Part shown: positions 19,671 through 30,977 of the stretch, in pieces
Position numbering within the stretch: the first letter of the stretch is position 1
Layout: each line of letters starts with the position of its first letter
Assembly (NCBI GenBank): GCA_963832325.1
Contig: CAWHTR010000002.1
Location: forward strand, 7,113 to 71,112
Direction: 5' to 3'
DNA: 64,000 nt
From: an uncultured Verrucomicrobiae bacterium
GTDB lineage: Bacteria; Verrucomicrobiota; Verrucomicrobiia; Chthoniobacterales; JAATET01
Made by a program: the position numbers and the translations under genes
The notes under the pieces: model-generated
Told to the model about the DNA's origin: nothing
Databases searched by the model: none
The model's input: the letters and a program-made list of their open reading frames with translations, nothing else

Positions 19671-21911
19671 TCAACGGCGGAAAGGATTTCTCGGAGCGCG
19701 GCGCGTTGCGTCGCCCCCCGAATTGGATTCATTTCCGCCACCAGAATTGAAGAAAGCATCTAAGAGACCCCGACTCTCGTCGGAGCGCTCGGTCACGCGG
19801 CCCTGGTCATCGGGTTCCGCTCGGATCGTGGGTTCGGGAGCCCGTGAAGGACTTTCGCTCACCTGGGACGGACCGTCCCCGGTCGGCACTTCCTCGGCCA
19901 CCCCGGTCGTCGCCGCCGGGATGTCCCGACCAAAGTCGATCCCATCAATCTGAACAAAATTTCCAACCGCCGGTTCCAACGGTTCCAGTTTCACCTCGAG
20001 TTCACCCGAGTCCAGCGCCAACGCTTCGTCGAGAATACGGGCCGCCACCGGCCCCGCCACGCCACCACCAGACTTCGCGCCCTGCACGAGCACGCACACG
20101 GCGTACTTCGGCGCATCGTATGGGGCGAAGGCGATGAACCACGTGTGGTTGTCCTTCACGACGGCACCCGTTTTCGTTTTCCGCAAATTTTGAGCCGTTC
20201 CCGTTTTTCCCGCGACTTCGGCCCTCTCCAATCGTGCCCTTCGAGCCGTGCCGCCGGACTCGTTCACCACCTGCCACATCCCCTTGCGAACGTGCTCGAT
20301 GTCCTCCGGCGTCAGCCCGCCTTCCGTCAACAGATCCGAACGCACTTGCGCCGGCTCCTGCATGACGACCGCTCCATCCTGAGACACGACCTTGTCCACG
20401 ATCCGCGGGAAGTAGACCGTCCCGCCGTTCGCGACCGCAGCCGTCACCATCGCCATCTGCAACGGCGACGCGAGGACGAATCCCTGCCCGATCGACACGT
20501 TCGCCGTGTAGCCGGGGCGCCAGGTATCTCGAGGATAAGTCTGCGCGAGCCACTCCTTGCCGGGGAGGATGCCCGGACTTTCTCCCGAGAGCGGCAGTCC
20601 GCTTCTCTGCCCCAATCCGAGCATGTTACCCACGGCCACGATCTCGTCGATCCCCGCCACGTTGCCGCCGAGATAATAGTAGGCGTTGCAGGAGTTTTTG
20701 ATGGCGCCTTCGAGCCCGAGGGTGCCGTGCGACCCTTTTCCAGAGATCCAGCACTTCATGTAAGTATTTCCGTAGCTCACTCCCCCGGAGCAGGTGAACC
20801 GACGGTCGCCGACCCCCGCCCGCAACATCGCCAGCGACGTGACGACTTTGTAAGTCGATCCCGGCGCGTAGCCGTTGATGGCGCGATTCATCAGCGGGGA
20901 CGTTTCGTCGTTGATCAACACCGCCCAATCGTCGGGCGCGATGGATGGGATGAAATTGTTTGGATCGAACGAAGGCACCGACGCCATCGCCAGAATGTCG
21001 CCGTTGTTGGGATCCACGACCACCGCCGCCGCGCGACCCGCCGCCCGGAGTGTGTCTTCGACGATGTACTGCAACCTCGCGTCGATGGTGAGGTAAACGT
21101 TGTCGCCCTGGACCGGCTCGACGAGTTCCTCGCTGTCCTCGAGGATCTGGCCCTTCACGTCCTTCTGCAGGATGCGCGACCCGGCCGTGCCCCGTAGATA
21201 TTGGTCCATCGCCTTCTCGATTTGAACCCTTCCAACGACGTCCGGTTGGTAAAAATTGAATTTCGCCGCCTCCTCCTTGTCGACCTCCGTTTCCGCCCCG
21301 ACGTAACCGAGGATGTGGGCCGCGAGCGACTTGTACGGGTAGAACCGCACGGGCTTCACGTCCGCCTTCAAGCCCGGCAGTCCCAGATTACTCTCGAGCA
21401 ATTTCGCCATCGAGTCGAAGTCCAGATCCTGCGCGTAATTGAAGGGGATCAGGGTGTCATTACGGTAATGCACCTGCATCCGCTCGGCGTTGTAGTTCTG
21501 CTCGACGTCGAGATCTTTGAGGCGCGGAATGATCGTCTCGTTCACGATCTGGGCGATGTCGATTTGATCGCGCTCCTCCGCCATGCCCCGCACCGTCAGC
21601 CGAAGCTTGTCGGGGTGGATCGGCGCCTTGCCGTTGTGCTCCTTCCGGTAGGCCCGGACGATATCGGGAAGGTAGAAATCGATCTCGAAGCTCTTCCGGT
21701 TCTCGACGAGCGGCACGCCGTTGCGGTCCATGATCTCGCCGCGCACCGCGGGCAGTCGCACCGAGACGCGCGACCCACCCTGCACCTTCTCCTTGTAATA
21801 ATCGCCCCGCGCGATCTGCACCCACCACAGCCGCGCCACGATCGCGCTCAAACAGGCAATCGTGATGAACGCCAACGTCAGAACGCGGAAAATCGGTGTC
21901 CCTTTCTTCAT
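19671..21911 (-). CDS. mrdA: Penicillin-binding protein 2 (elongasome transpeptidase)
   Basis: ATG 21911 (MKKGTPIFRVLTLAF). Active-site motifs PGSTYK and KTGTA, directly downstream of mreD. ~100-aa disordered C-terminal tail. Confidence 0.9.
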   Translation of the reverse strand: MKKGTPIFRVLTLAFITIACLSAIVARLWWVQIARGDYYKEKVQGGSRVSVRLPAVRGEIMDRNGVPLVENRKSFEIDFYLPDIVRAYRKEHNGKAPIHPDKLRLTVRGMAEERDQIDIAQIVNETIIPRLKDLDVEQNYNAERMQVHYRNDTLIPFNYAQDLDFDSMAKLLESNLGLPGLKADVKPVRFYPYKSLAAHILGYVGAETEVDKEEAAKFNFYQPDVVGRVQIEKAMDQYLRGTAGSRILQKDVKGQILEDSEELVEPVQGDNVYLTIDARLQYIVEDTLRAAGRAAAVVVDPNNGDILAMASVPSFDPNNFIPSIAPDDWAVLINDETSPLMNRAINGYAPGSTYKVVTSLAMLRAGVGDRRFTCSGGVSYGNTYMKCWISGKGSHGTLGLEGAIKNSCNAYYYLGGNVAGIDEIVAVGNMLGLGQRSGLPLSGESPGILPGKEWLAQTYPRDTWRPGYTANVSIGQGFVLASPLQMAMVTAAVANGGTVYFPRIVDKVVSQDGAVVMQEPAQVRSDLLTEGGLTPEDIEHVRKGMWQVVNESGGTARRARLERAEVAGKTGTAQNLRKTKTGAVVKDNHTWFIAFAPYDAPKYAVCVLVQGAKSGGGVAGPVAARILDEALALDSGELEVKLEPLEPAVGNFVQIDGIDFGRDIPAATTGVAEEVPTGDGPSQVSESPSRAPEPTIRAEPDDQGRVTERSDESRGLLDAFFNSGGGNESNSGGDATRRAPRNPFRR

Positions 21912-21912
21912 C

Positions 21913-22467
21913 TCAATACCCCCGCACCGCCCGCCCCGGCATCTTGACCCGACCCGCCGCAAATCCAATCAAAAAATACAGGATCGGTGCCAGCAGCAGC
22001 GCAATCACCCCCGGCCCCAAAATCCACCAAAACACCGACTCGTTGTAAACGAACCCTCCGGCGTCAAACCGGCGCAAAGAAATCGCAAAGAACTGCATAG
22101 CGAGGATCACCGATGTCGACAACCCACTCATGCCCGCGTGAATCTCCCAATGTCCCCGGAGAACCAACGGGCGCAAACCCTGACAAATCGATCCAATCGC
22201 GACATAGACGAGGATAGACCAGCCGACCGAGATTTCAACCGAGTCCCCAATCACCTGGAGATTCGCCAGATCGCTCAGCAACCCCGCGAACAGCGCCAAT
22301 CCCAGCATCGCCGGGAAGGGCAACGTCAGCGCGCCGTAGCAGAAGACGGCCGGCACCAGCAACACCCTCGCCCCGAGAAACATGTCCACCGGTGGGATCA
22401 GCTCCTGCAAGACCAGGGCCACGAAGATCGCCGCCAGCAGACTCGCCGTGAGGATGGCGGCCTTCAT
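21913..22467 (-). CDS. mreD: Rod shape-determining protein MreD
   Basis: 184-aa polytopic membrane protein between mreC and mrdA. 4-nt overlap with mreC. Confidence 0.8.
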   Translation of the reverse strand: MKAAILTASLLAAIFVALVLQELIPPVDMFLGARVLLVPAVFCYGALTLPFPAMLGLALFAGLLSDLANLQVIGDSVEISVGWSILVYVAIGSICQGLRPLVLRGHWEIHAGMSGLSTSVILAMQFFAISLRRFDAGGFVYNESVFWWILGPGVIALLLAPILYFLIGFAAGRVKMPGRAVRGY

Positions 22468-23270
22468 TCCTGCGTCCCCACGATGACGAACACGTCGCCG
22501 AGCGTCGAAAAATCCACCGCTGGCTTCACGATCGCCTGGCCATCCAACTCCCGAGGCTCAAACTGCACCACGTCGCCAATCAGCAACCCCGGCGGAAAAA
22601 CCGCCCCCACCCCTTGCGTGTAAATCTTCTGGTCCGGCTGCAGATTCGCGCTCTTCGAAAGGAAATTCATCTGCAGCCTCCCGTCCGCCGAACTCTGCAC
22701 CCGCTCGCCGTTCACGATCCCCTTCTCCCGGCTGCCTTCGACGTAGGCGCCGACCTTGCAATTTTCATCGGTCACGAGCAGCACGATCGCCTCGTTTTTG
22801 GAAACCGTCATCGTCTTGCCGACCAGACCCTGATCCGTGATGACGGTCCGCTCGGCCTCGACCCCGTCCTCGAATCCACGGTTGATCTTGATCGTCTGCC
22901 ACCACGTCGACGCGTCGCGGGAGATCACCTGCGCAGCAACCAGGCGGAACAATGACCGCTGGCGGTAATCCAACGCCGCCCGCAGCCGGTTGTTGTCCGT
23001 CTCCATGTCACGCAGGATCGTGTTCGTCGCCCGCAGCTCTTTGTTCTCGCGGGCGAGCGTCGCGTTTTCGTCCTCGAGTTCGTCCAGCGTCTTCAAGCCC
23101 TTACCCATCGCGCCGAGTCCTTCCTGAACGGCGCTCCCGGTCTTGAGAAATGGCGAGACGACCGCGAGATATGCCGATTGCATTGATTGCATCGCGTCCG
23201 TCGTGAGCGCCATGAACGCACCACCAACGAGCAACACCAGCACGGCCAGCGCGATGTTGACTTTCTTCAC
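22464..23270 (-). CDS. mreC: Rod shape-determining protein MreC
   Basis: N-terminal TM, coiled-coil (ENATLARENKELRATN) and a beta-rich C-terminal domain. Positioned after mreB. Confidence 0.9.
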   Translation of the reverse strand: MKKVNIALAVLVLLVGGAFMALTTDAMQSMQSAYLAVVSPFLKTGSAVQEGLGAMGKGLKTLDELEDENATLARENKELRATNTILRDMETDNNRLRAALDYRQRSLFRLVAAQVISRDASTWWQTIKINRGFEDGVEAERTVITDQGLVGKTMTVSKNEAIVLLVTDENCKVGAYVEGSREKGIVNGERVQSSADGRLQMNFLSKSANLQPDQKIYTQGVGAVFPPGLLIGDVVQFEPRELDGQAIVKPAVDFSTLGDVFVIVGTQE

Positions 23271-23341
23271 GGCGCAATCCTCCGTCGCGAAGTGCCGCGG
23301 AGAAGTGCCCCCGGCCCGGTCGACGCCTTAGCCACCACCGA

Positions 23342-24391
23342 TCAGAGGTTGACCGCTGTGTGCACCCGTTCGGTCGAAGCAATCGAGCGCAGCAATTTCA
23401 ACTCCTGGAGCGCCTTGCCGGTCCCTTCGGCAACCGCGCTCAGCGGATCCTCGGCCACGTGCACCGGCAGACCCGTCTCCTCGGCCAACAGCCGATCCAA
23501 CCCGCGCAACAGCGCCCCACCACCCGCCAGCACCAGGCCGCGGTCAACGAGATCGGCCGACAACTCCGGCGGACAACGCTCGAGCGTGATCCGCACGCTG
23601 TCCACGATGGTCGAGATGGGTTCCATCATCGCCTCGCGCACTTCCTGAGAGGTAATCGTGATCGTCTTCGGCAGCCCGGCAACCAGATCGCGCCCCTTCA
23701 CTTCCATCGACACTTCCTTCTCCAGCTTGTAGGCCGATCCGATCTTGATCTTGATGTCTTCGGCCGTCCGCTCGCCAATCATCAGGTTGTAGGCCCGCTT
23801 CATGTACTGGGAAATCGCCTCGTCCAACTCGTCACCCGCCACCCGCACACTCCGGCTGAAGACGATGCCCGACAGGGAAATCAACGCGACTTCCGTGGTG
23901 CCGCCGCCGATATCGATGATCATGTTACCCGCCGCGTCCAACACCGGCAATCCGGTCCCGATCGCCGCGGCCATCGGCTCCTCGATGAGGTAAACCTCCC
24001 GCGCCCCGGCGTGCGTGGCCGAGTCCTTGACCGCACGTTTCTCGACTTCGGTGATCCCGCTCGGCACGGCGATGACGACCCGTGGTCGCACCATCCGGCG
24101 GCGATTGTGAACCTTGCTGATGAAGTGCCGCAACATCGCTTCGGTCACCTCGAAATCCGCGATCACACCATCTTTCAGCGGGCGAATCGCGACGATGTTT
24201 CCCGGCGTCCGGCCCAACATCCGCTTGGCCTCCTCGCCGACCGCCAGCACCTTGTTCGTGCCGGCCTGCACCGCGACCACGGAGGGCTCGCGCAGGACAA
24301 TCCCGTGGTCTTTGACGTAAACGAGGGTGTTGGCCGTGCCGAGGTCAATGCCGATGTCGTTGGAGAAAAATCCTAAAAGCTTGTCAAACAT
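23342..24391 (-). CDS. mreB: Rod shape-determining protein MreB
   Basis: [26 protein letters not shown] and [13 protein letters not shown] actin-fold motifs. Confidence 0.97.
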   Translation of the reverse strand: MFDKLLGFFSNDIGIDLGTANTLVYVKDHGIVLREPSVVAVQAGTNKVLAVGEEAKRMLGRTPGNIVAIRPLKDGVIADFEVTEAMLRHFISKVHNRRRMVRPRVVIAVPSGITEVEKRAVKDSATHAGAREVYLIEEPMAAAIGTGLPVLDAAGNMIIDIGGGTTEVALISLSGIVFSRSVRVAGDELDEAISQYMKRAYNLMIGERTAEDIKIKIGSAYKLEKEVSMEVKGRDLVAGLPKTITITSQEVREAMMEPISTIVDSVRITLERCPPELSADLVDRGLVLAGGGALLRGLDRLLAEETGLPVHVAEDPLSAVAEGTGKALQELKLLRSIASTERVHTAVNL

Positions 24392-24657
24392 CTGATAATT
24401 AGAGAGTTAGATATTGAAATTGGAGCCGCCGACCCCGCGTCACCGGTCGGCGTAAGAGAAAACCCCATTTGAACCGCGACACTAGGAACCCCCATTTCCA
24501 ACAGTCAAGGTAAACCAGCGGGTCGAAGGTCCGAGGTCGGAAAAGTCAGGCTGGAATCGCTGGTGCGATTGAGGGGGGAACCCCCGCGACGCCGCTCAAG
24601 GAGCGGCGATCCGCAATCACCAATCCAACGTGACCCGCCACTCTGGACCTTCCGACT

Positions 24658-25794
<1,137 letters not shown>

Positions 25795-25931
25795 TTAAAC
25801 CCAGCCGCCGGGAGGAATTCCAGACTCGAAAACTTCCAGCGCAAAGAGGCGCAAAAAGCGCAAGATCCGACCCCGTGGAGGTGAGAATACGATCCCACCC
25901 TCTTGAGCCTTTTGCACCTCTTTGCGGCCAA

Positions 25932-26594
25932 TCACCCCGCCTTCGCCGCCGCGACAAACTCCCGCACCCGCTCCGCATCCTTCCGCCGCGCGTCGCCCAC
26001 CACCTCGACGCCACTCGCCACGTCCACACCGTGCGGACGCACCGTCCGCACCGCCGCGCCCACCGTCTCGGGACGCAGGCCCCCAGCCAGGATCACCCGC
26101 CGGTCCCGCTCCATCCGCACAAACTCCCCCGCCAACCCGAGATCCACGCCCGCCCCGGTCCCGCCGTATCCCGCCGCGCTGAACGCATCCAGCAACAACC
26201 ACGGCGTCGCGTATTCCAAAGCCGCCACCAGCGAGGCCCATTCCTTCACCCGCACGGCCCGCAGCCACCGCCCGCCACCCGCCGCGCAATCCCCCGGTGC
26301 CTCGTCCCCGTGATACTGCACCGCGTCGAAACACCCGGCCTCGCGCACCGCCGCCAATTCGTCCGCCGTGGCGTTCACGACCACGGCCACCCGCGTCACG
26401 GGCAATTCCGCCACCCAATCCCGCACCGCCGCCAGCTCGACGAACCGCTTCGATCCCGCAAAAAGATTGATCCCCACCGCGTCCGCGCCCGCTCCGACCA
26501 CCATCGCCGCGTCCGCCGCGTTGGTCACCCCGCACACCTTCACCCGCGTCCCTCCACTCAGGAACAAAGCCTGCCGCCCGTCGTCACTCGTCAT
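25932..26594 (-). CDS. trpF: Phosphoribosylanthranilate isomerase
   Basis: VKVCGVTNAADAAMVVGAGADAVGINLFAGSKRFV and ILAGGL motifs. Confidence 0.9.
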   Translation of the reverse strand: MTSDDGRQALFLSGGTRVKVCGVTNAADAAMVVGAGADAVGINLFAGSKRFVELAAVRDWVAELPVTRVAVVVNATADELAAVREAGCFDAVQYHGDEAPGDCAAGGGRWLRAVRVKEWASLVAALEYATPWLLLDAFSAAGYGGTGAGVDLGLAGEFVRMERDRRVILAGGLRPETVGAAVRTVRPHGVDVASGVEVVGDARRKDAERVREFVAAAKAG

Positions 26595-27330
26595 GCAACG
26601 GAAGATCCGGCATCTCCCGGATCAAATCAACCAACCCGCGCTGCCACCGCTCGCGCGTCTCACAAAGCCACGGATCGTTCTCGTGCAGCACCGCCCGTTT
26701 CCCGACCGTCAAGCTCCCGGCCCCGTAACAAAATACCTCGAACGGCGTCCCAACCGACACGTTGCTCTTCGCCGTCGCGTCCAGGGACAAAATCCCGTAG
26801 CGCACCGCCTCGGCGAGCGGGGTCTCGAAGTTGAATCCCCGATCCAAGATCGGCTTGCCGTACTTCGCCTCCCCGATCTGCAGGAACGGTGCCTCCCGAC
26901 TCGCGTGGATCGCGTTCCCTGGCGAATAAACCCGAAAGATCTGCGGCGGCTGCCGCCCGATTTGCCCGCCTACCAGGAAGCTCATCGTCGAGGCAATCCC
27001 GTCCTCCTCGAGCCAGCTCCCCGGCGTCTTCCGCACCACCCGCATCTGCTCGCCGAGGTAACGCACCGTGTCGAAGAGATTGTCCTGATTCAACAGGCAC
27101 CCGCGCGCCCCGTCCGCCCCGCACTCCCCGATGTCCTGCTCGATCAACTGAACCACCGACTGCGTCAGCGACAAGTTTCCCGAACTCAAAATACAGATCA
27201 CCCGGTCCTCCGAACGGTGGTAAATTCGCATTTTCGGGTGCACGGTGATGTTATCCACCCCCGCGCTCGTCCGCGAATCCGAGAGGAAGACGATCCCCTC
27301 GCGGCAAAGCAGGCTCAGGCAATAAGTCAT
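26584..27330 (-). CDS. Anbu-type bacterial proteasome homologue (COG3484-like)
   Basis: Starts MTYCLSLLCREGIVFLSDSRTSAGVD (Thr2 nucleophile context) and is ~248 aa. Recognised from memory of Anbu sequences. Confidence 0.8.
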   Translation of the reverse strand: MTYCLSLLCREGIVFLSDSRTSAGVDNITVHPKMRIYHRSEDRVICILSSGNLSLTQSVVQLIEQDIGECGADGARGCLLNQDNLFDTVRYLGEQMRVVRKTPGSWLEEDGIASTMSFLVGGQIGRQPPQIFRVYSPGNAIHASREAPFLQIGEAKYGKPILDRGFNFETPLAEAVRYGILSLDATAKSNVSVGTPFEVFCYGAGSLTVGKRAVLHENDPWLCETRERWQRGLVDLIREMPDLPLHDE

Positions 27331-27391
27331 CGTTCACCCACCCTGGCATTCACCGCTTTGACGTTGGACCTGCGACCTTTCGACCACTCCC

Positions 27392-27829
27392 TCACTCCTC
27401 CTCCACGACGTGCGCGTCCGCCCGCTTCATCGTCCGACGCTGGGCCACCTTCTCGTGGTGCGTGATCAGCCGCACCCTCCCGTCACTCGTCCGGAAGTAG
27501 GAACTCAGGATCCAGCTCACCAAACTCACGATGATCGCCCCGAAAAATGCCGACCAAAATCCCTCGACCACAAATCCGGGAATCACTTTTGAAACGAACA
27601 AGAGCAACAACGCGTTCACCACGAAAATGAACAACCCCATCGTCGCGATGATGAACGGCAGACTCAACAGCAGGAGAAATGGCCTCACCAACGCATTGAT
27701 GATTCCCAACAACAACGACGCCCCCAACAGCACCCCCAGATTTCCGCTGAATCCGATCCCTTGAATCAAACCCGCCGCACACATTACCGAAACCGCCGTG
27801 ATCATCCAGCGAATCAAAAAAGCACTCAT
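27392..27829 (-). CDS. Phage-holin-4_2 / YvlD-like small membrane protein
   Basis: Four hydrophobic helices. GIINALVRPFLLLLSLPFIIATMGLF is typical of this family. Confidence 0.75.
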   Translation of the reverse strand: MSAFLIRWMITAVSVMCAAGLIQGIGFSGNLGVLLGASLLLGIINALVRPFLLLLSLPFIIATMGLFIFVVNALLLLFVSKVIPGFVVEGFWSAFFGAIIVSLVSWILSSYFRTSDGRVRLITHHEKVAQRRTMKRADAHVVEEE

Positions 27830-27908
27830 CCAATCAACCTAGGAACCACGAGCAGATTTTGAAAATTTATTTTGCAATCAGTTCACCGATCTAACTAATT
27901 CCACCACC

Positions 27909-28367
27909 ATGCCCAAGCCCACGAAAACCGAAGCCGCCAAATCAGCGAAAGCTGCGCCGAAAAAGACTGACGGGAAACCGACCGCGACCGCGAAGAAGAG
28001 TCCGGCTGCGCGAAAGATCAGCGAAGCTAAAGCCGCCATCGCCGCCGTCAAAGATGCCGTCGTCGACGTGATTCCCGCTGGTAAGGGAAAATCAAAGGCC
28101 GCCTCGGCGCCAGCCAAAACCAGTGCCCCCGCCACCAGGACCGCCGCAGCGAAGACGACCCCTCCTCCGAAGACCCCTCCCGCCGCCGCGAAGACCAAGC
28201 CAGCTTCCAAGGGCCGGAAGGAGAAGCTCCCCGTCGCCCACATCACCAGCGAGGACATCGGACTTCGCGCCTACTACATCGGCGAACACCGCCAGCAGCA
28301 CAATTTGGAAGGCGATTCCGCGACGGATTGGATCGAAGCCGAGCGCCAGCTCAGAGCCGGGAAGTAG
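27909..28367 (+). CDS. DUF2934 protein with Lys/Ala/Pro-rich histone-H1-like N-terminal region
   Basis: AKKSPAARK/AAKTKPASK repeats followed by EDIGLRAYYIGEHR...DWIEAERQL (DUF2934 signature). Confidence 0.6.
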   Translation: MPKPTKTEAAKSAKAAPKKTDGKPTATAKKSPAARKISEAKAAIAAVKDAVVDVIPAGKGKSKAASAPAKTSAPATRTAAAKTTPPPKTPPAAAKTKPASKGRKEKLPVAHITSEDIGLRAYYIGEHRQQHNLEGDSATDWIEAERQLRAGK

Positions 28368-28506
28368 CCTCGGTCCACCGGTAGCCGGCCCGCGGGGCAA
28401 TCTGCGGGCCGCGGGTGCGAGGTGCCAGCCCGTCGCGCCGGCGGAGGGTGGCGCTCCCACCAATACAATTGACCTTCCTGCCTCGACTCCCTATTGGCAA
28501 CGGGCT

Positions 28507-29181
28507 GTGGAAATTCATCGCGTTCCGAACCAATCCCTAGCCGCCTGCGCCGCCGCAGTGGCGGCCCTCGTTCTCGGCCTCCTGACGACCGGTTGCGACG
28601 AATCAAGTCCTCCGTCCGCTCCCCCCACCCCGGCAGCCTCCGCGACCGCCACCCCGTCCCCGACCGAGCCAGCCACTCCAGCCGCTTCACCGACGGTACA
28701 GACCGACTCCGACGAGGCTCCGGTCGCATCGGAGCCGATCGACATGTACTCGCTCGATTACGACGAGGAGAATGACCGCTTCCTCGTGGTCGGGACCCAG
28801 ACCGGCTACACCGGCCCCGTCTTCGCGGTTTACGACGACGGCACCAAGGAAGAAGTGGGTGCCCTCAAGGACGGCGTCGAGGACGGTCCCTACGTGACCT
28901 ACTACGAAGACGGAAAGAAGGAGAGCGAGGGCACCTACGTCGACGGCCTCGAAGATGGTCCCTGGAGCTACTACCACGAAAACGGCAATCTCGAATCCAG
29001 TGGTTCCTACGAGATGGGTTCCCTCATCGGCCGGTGGACTTCCTTCTTCGAGAACGGCACAATCGACTCCGACGGGATCTACACCGACGGCCTCATGGAC
29101 GGTGAATGGAAATTCTACGACGAAGCGACCGGCGAAGCGCAGATCATCACCTTCGACAAGGGCCGGGAAACCGGGCGCTGA
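28507..29181 (+). CDS. Lipoprotein with MORN-variant (YwqK-type) repeats
   Basis: GTG 28507 within track ORF 28123..29181. Lipobox LLTTGC, a Pro/Thr/Ala linker, and repeats such as GPYVTYYEDGKKESEGTYVDGLEDGPWSYYHENG. Confidence 0.7.
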   Translation: MEIHRVPNQSLAACAAAVAALVLGLLTTGCDESSPPSAPPTPAASATATPSPTEPATPAASPTVQTDSDEAPVASEPIDMYSLDYDEENDRFLVVGTQTGYTGPVFAVYDDGTKEEVGALKDGVEDGPYVTYYEDGKKESEGTYVDGLEDGPWSYYHENGNLESSGSYEMGSLIGRWTSFFENGTIDSDGIYTDGLMDGEWKFYDEATGEAQIITFDKGRETGR

Positions 29182-29409
29182 CCCCCACCTACTCCCTGGG
29201 CACCGCCTCCGAGATCCGGGAGGGCAGCCTAGCTACCCTCGACCTGAGCCGGCGCGTGAACAAGTCTCCGATCGCCTCCGGCCCGCCCGTCATCGCAAAC
29301 GCCATCGCCGCGTCCGCCTTCTGACCCAATTCGACTTCCGCTCCTGAGCGGTCGTCAAAGGACTGGGAAAACCTTCACCGAGACCACCTCGAGACTTCCT
29401 CGCGGTAGA

Positions 29410-29470
29410 ACTTTGTTAAAATATGGTTCTTCATTGTTTCAAACTATTGGTTCACTATGAAACCATAGCA
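29410..29470 (+). promoter_or_regulatory. AT-rich island with an inverted repeat upstream of the priming glycosyltransferase
   Basis: The only strongly AT-rich stretch in this GC-rich neighbourhood. Possible TTGTTT-N16-TATGAA promoter. TATGGTT (29422-28) and GGTT (29449-52) can each pair with AACCATA (29461-67). Confidence 0.3.
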
Positions 29471-29501
29471 ACTGGCTGAACTCTCCCTGGGCCGCTAATC
29501 C

Positions 29502-30896
29502 ATGATCCGCTCGCGCACCAAAGGACTTTTCAACGCCTACATCATGGCGCAGTCCCTTGCGCTCGTCGTTTCGTTCTGGGGCTACTTCCTTCTGCTCACC
29601 GAGTTATTCGGCATGCAGCTCGATCCAACGCGCTATTTTTCTTATTCGCTCATCGCGCTGTTCGGGCTGCTCATTCACCTCTTTGGCATCGACCTGACGT
29701 CGACCAATCTGCTCTCACGCGACGCCCTCCAGTCCTTCCGGTTGGCCGTTCGTCAGGTTGTTTACGTCTTCGGAGCGATCATGTTCATGGTGCTTCTCAC
29801 CAAGGATACCAACATCTCGCGCTTCTTCCTCCTCACCTACATCCCCATTCTGGGCGCATCGCTCATTGTCGTTAATCTACTCGTTCCCCGGTGGCTCTGC
29901 GCATTCTTCTTCTCCGGCCGACGCCTCACCCGCACGCTCCTCGTTGGACCCGCCGCCCGGGTTTCCCACATTGCTCGGTGGTTAAAAGTCGTCGAGAACT
30001 ACGGCGTCGGGATCGTCGGGATCGTGAATAAAAAGCAGGAGCCTTCCGGTGATATTCCTGTCCTCGGCACGGTCGACCATCTTGACGAGATTATCCGCAA
30101 CAACGACATCCATTCTGTCCTGCTCCTGGAAATTCCGGAAGACAAGAAGCAGCTCAACCACATCCTAGAAGCCTGCGAAAGCGCCGGCGCCCGCCTCTCG
30201 GCGGTGAATTCGCTGTCCGAAGTGTTCCAACATTCCCTGCGCTACTTTCACCATTTCGGTTTCGACTTCGTCAGCCTCCACGAGGAACCCCTTGAGGATC
30301 CAATCAGCCGCCTCGGGAAACGCCTCCTCGACGTTCTCATTTCCCTCCCCCTCGTCCTCCTCGTCCTCCCGATCCTCGCTCTCTTCGTCGCGTTCATCCA
30401 TCGCCGGAACTCGCCTGGCCCGCTTCTTTTCCGCCAGCTCCGCACCGGAATTGGCAACCAACCCTTTGAAATTCTCAAATTCCGAACGATGACCGTCGAT
30501 AACGACGACCACTCCCGGCAAGCGTGCCCTTCGGACCCTCGGGTCTTCTGCGGTGCAGAAGTTCTCCGCCGCACCAGCATCGACGAATTCCCGCAGTTCA
30601 TCAACGTCCTCCGGGGCGAGATGAGCATCGTGGGTCCTCGCCCGCACATGCTCAAACACGACGAACGATTCGCCGCCGTCTTTCGCTCCTACCACGTCCG
30701 CTCCTACGTCAAACCCGGACTCACCGGACTCGCCCAGATCCGCGGCTACCGCGGCGAAGCCCGCAGCAATCAGGACATCCGCCGCCGCGTCCAATGCGAC
30801 ATCGAATACATCGAACGATGGTCCCCCATCCTCGACCTCCTCATCATTCTCAAGACCGCCTGGCAGGTCGTTCGTCCGCCGAAGACGGCGTATTGA
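29502..30896 (+). CDS. Polyprenyl-phosphate sugar phosphotransferase (WbaP/EpsB-type priming enzyme)
   Basis: Five N-terminal TM helices and a C-terminal Bac_transf domain (DEFPQFINVLRGEMSIVGPRPH, GLTGLAQI). Confidence 0.9.
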   Translation: MIRSRTKGLFNAYIMAQSLALVVSFWGYFLLLTELFGMQLDPTRYFSYSLIALFGLLIHLFGIDLTSTNLLSRDALQSFRLAVRQVVYVFGAIMFMVLLTKDTNISRFFLLTYIPILGASLIVVNLLVPRWLCAFFFSGRRLTRTLLVGPAARVSHIARWLKVVENYGVGIVGIVNKKQEPSGDIPVLGTVDHLDEIIRNNDIHSVLLLEIPEDKKQLNHILEACESAGARLSAVNSLSEVFQHSLRYFHHFGFDFVSLHEEPLEDPISRLGKRLLDVLISLPLVLLVLPILALFVAFIHRRNSPGPLLFRQLRTGIGNQPFEILKFRTMTVDNDDHSRQACPSDPRVFCGAEVLRRTSIDEFPQFINVLRGEMSIVGPRPHMLKHDERFAAVFRSYHVRSYVKPGLTGLAQIRGYRGEARSNQDIRRRVQCDIEYIERWSPILDLLIILKTAWQVVRPPKTAY

Positions 30897-30977
30897 TGCG
30901 GTCGGAAGGTCGAAGGTCGGAGCGCGTACTCCGACCGCTTGGTCCACGATCCTCGGACCGTTCTCTGAATCTTCGCC

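Noticed and set aside
24392-24657. Short GC-rich motifs GGTCGGAAGGTCGAAGGTCGG and GAATCGCTGGTGCGATTGAGG, also seen at 30897-30925, 31861-31900 and 47935-47965, as specific regulatory sites
   Set aside because: They recur in unrelated intergenic contexts across the window. They look like further members of a genome-wide short-repeat repertoire rather than locus-specific operators.
27392-27829. Prophage or lysis cassette, suggested by the phage-holin-family protein
   Set aside because: No endolysin, integrase or structural genes are nearby. Holin-4_2/YvlD-like proteins are common chromosomal membrane proteins.
29106-29324. Possible C-terminal gene remnant (...YSLGTASEIREGSLATLDLSRRVNKSPIASGPPVIANAIAASAF)
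   Set aside because: The tail faintly resembles the ends of molybdopterin-dependent oxidoreductase subunits. There is no upstream coding continuity or start, it partly overlaps the MORN lipoprotein gene, and I cannot verify the resemblance without a search.
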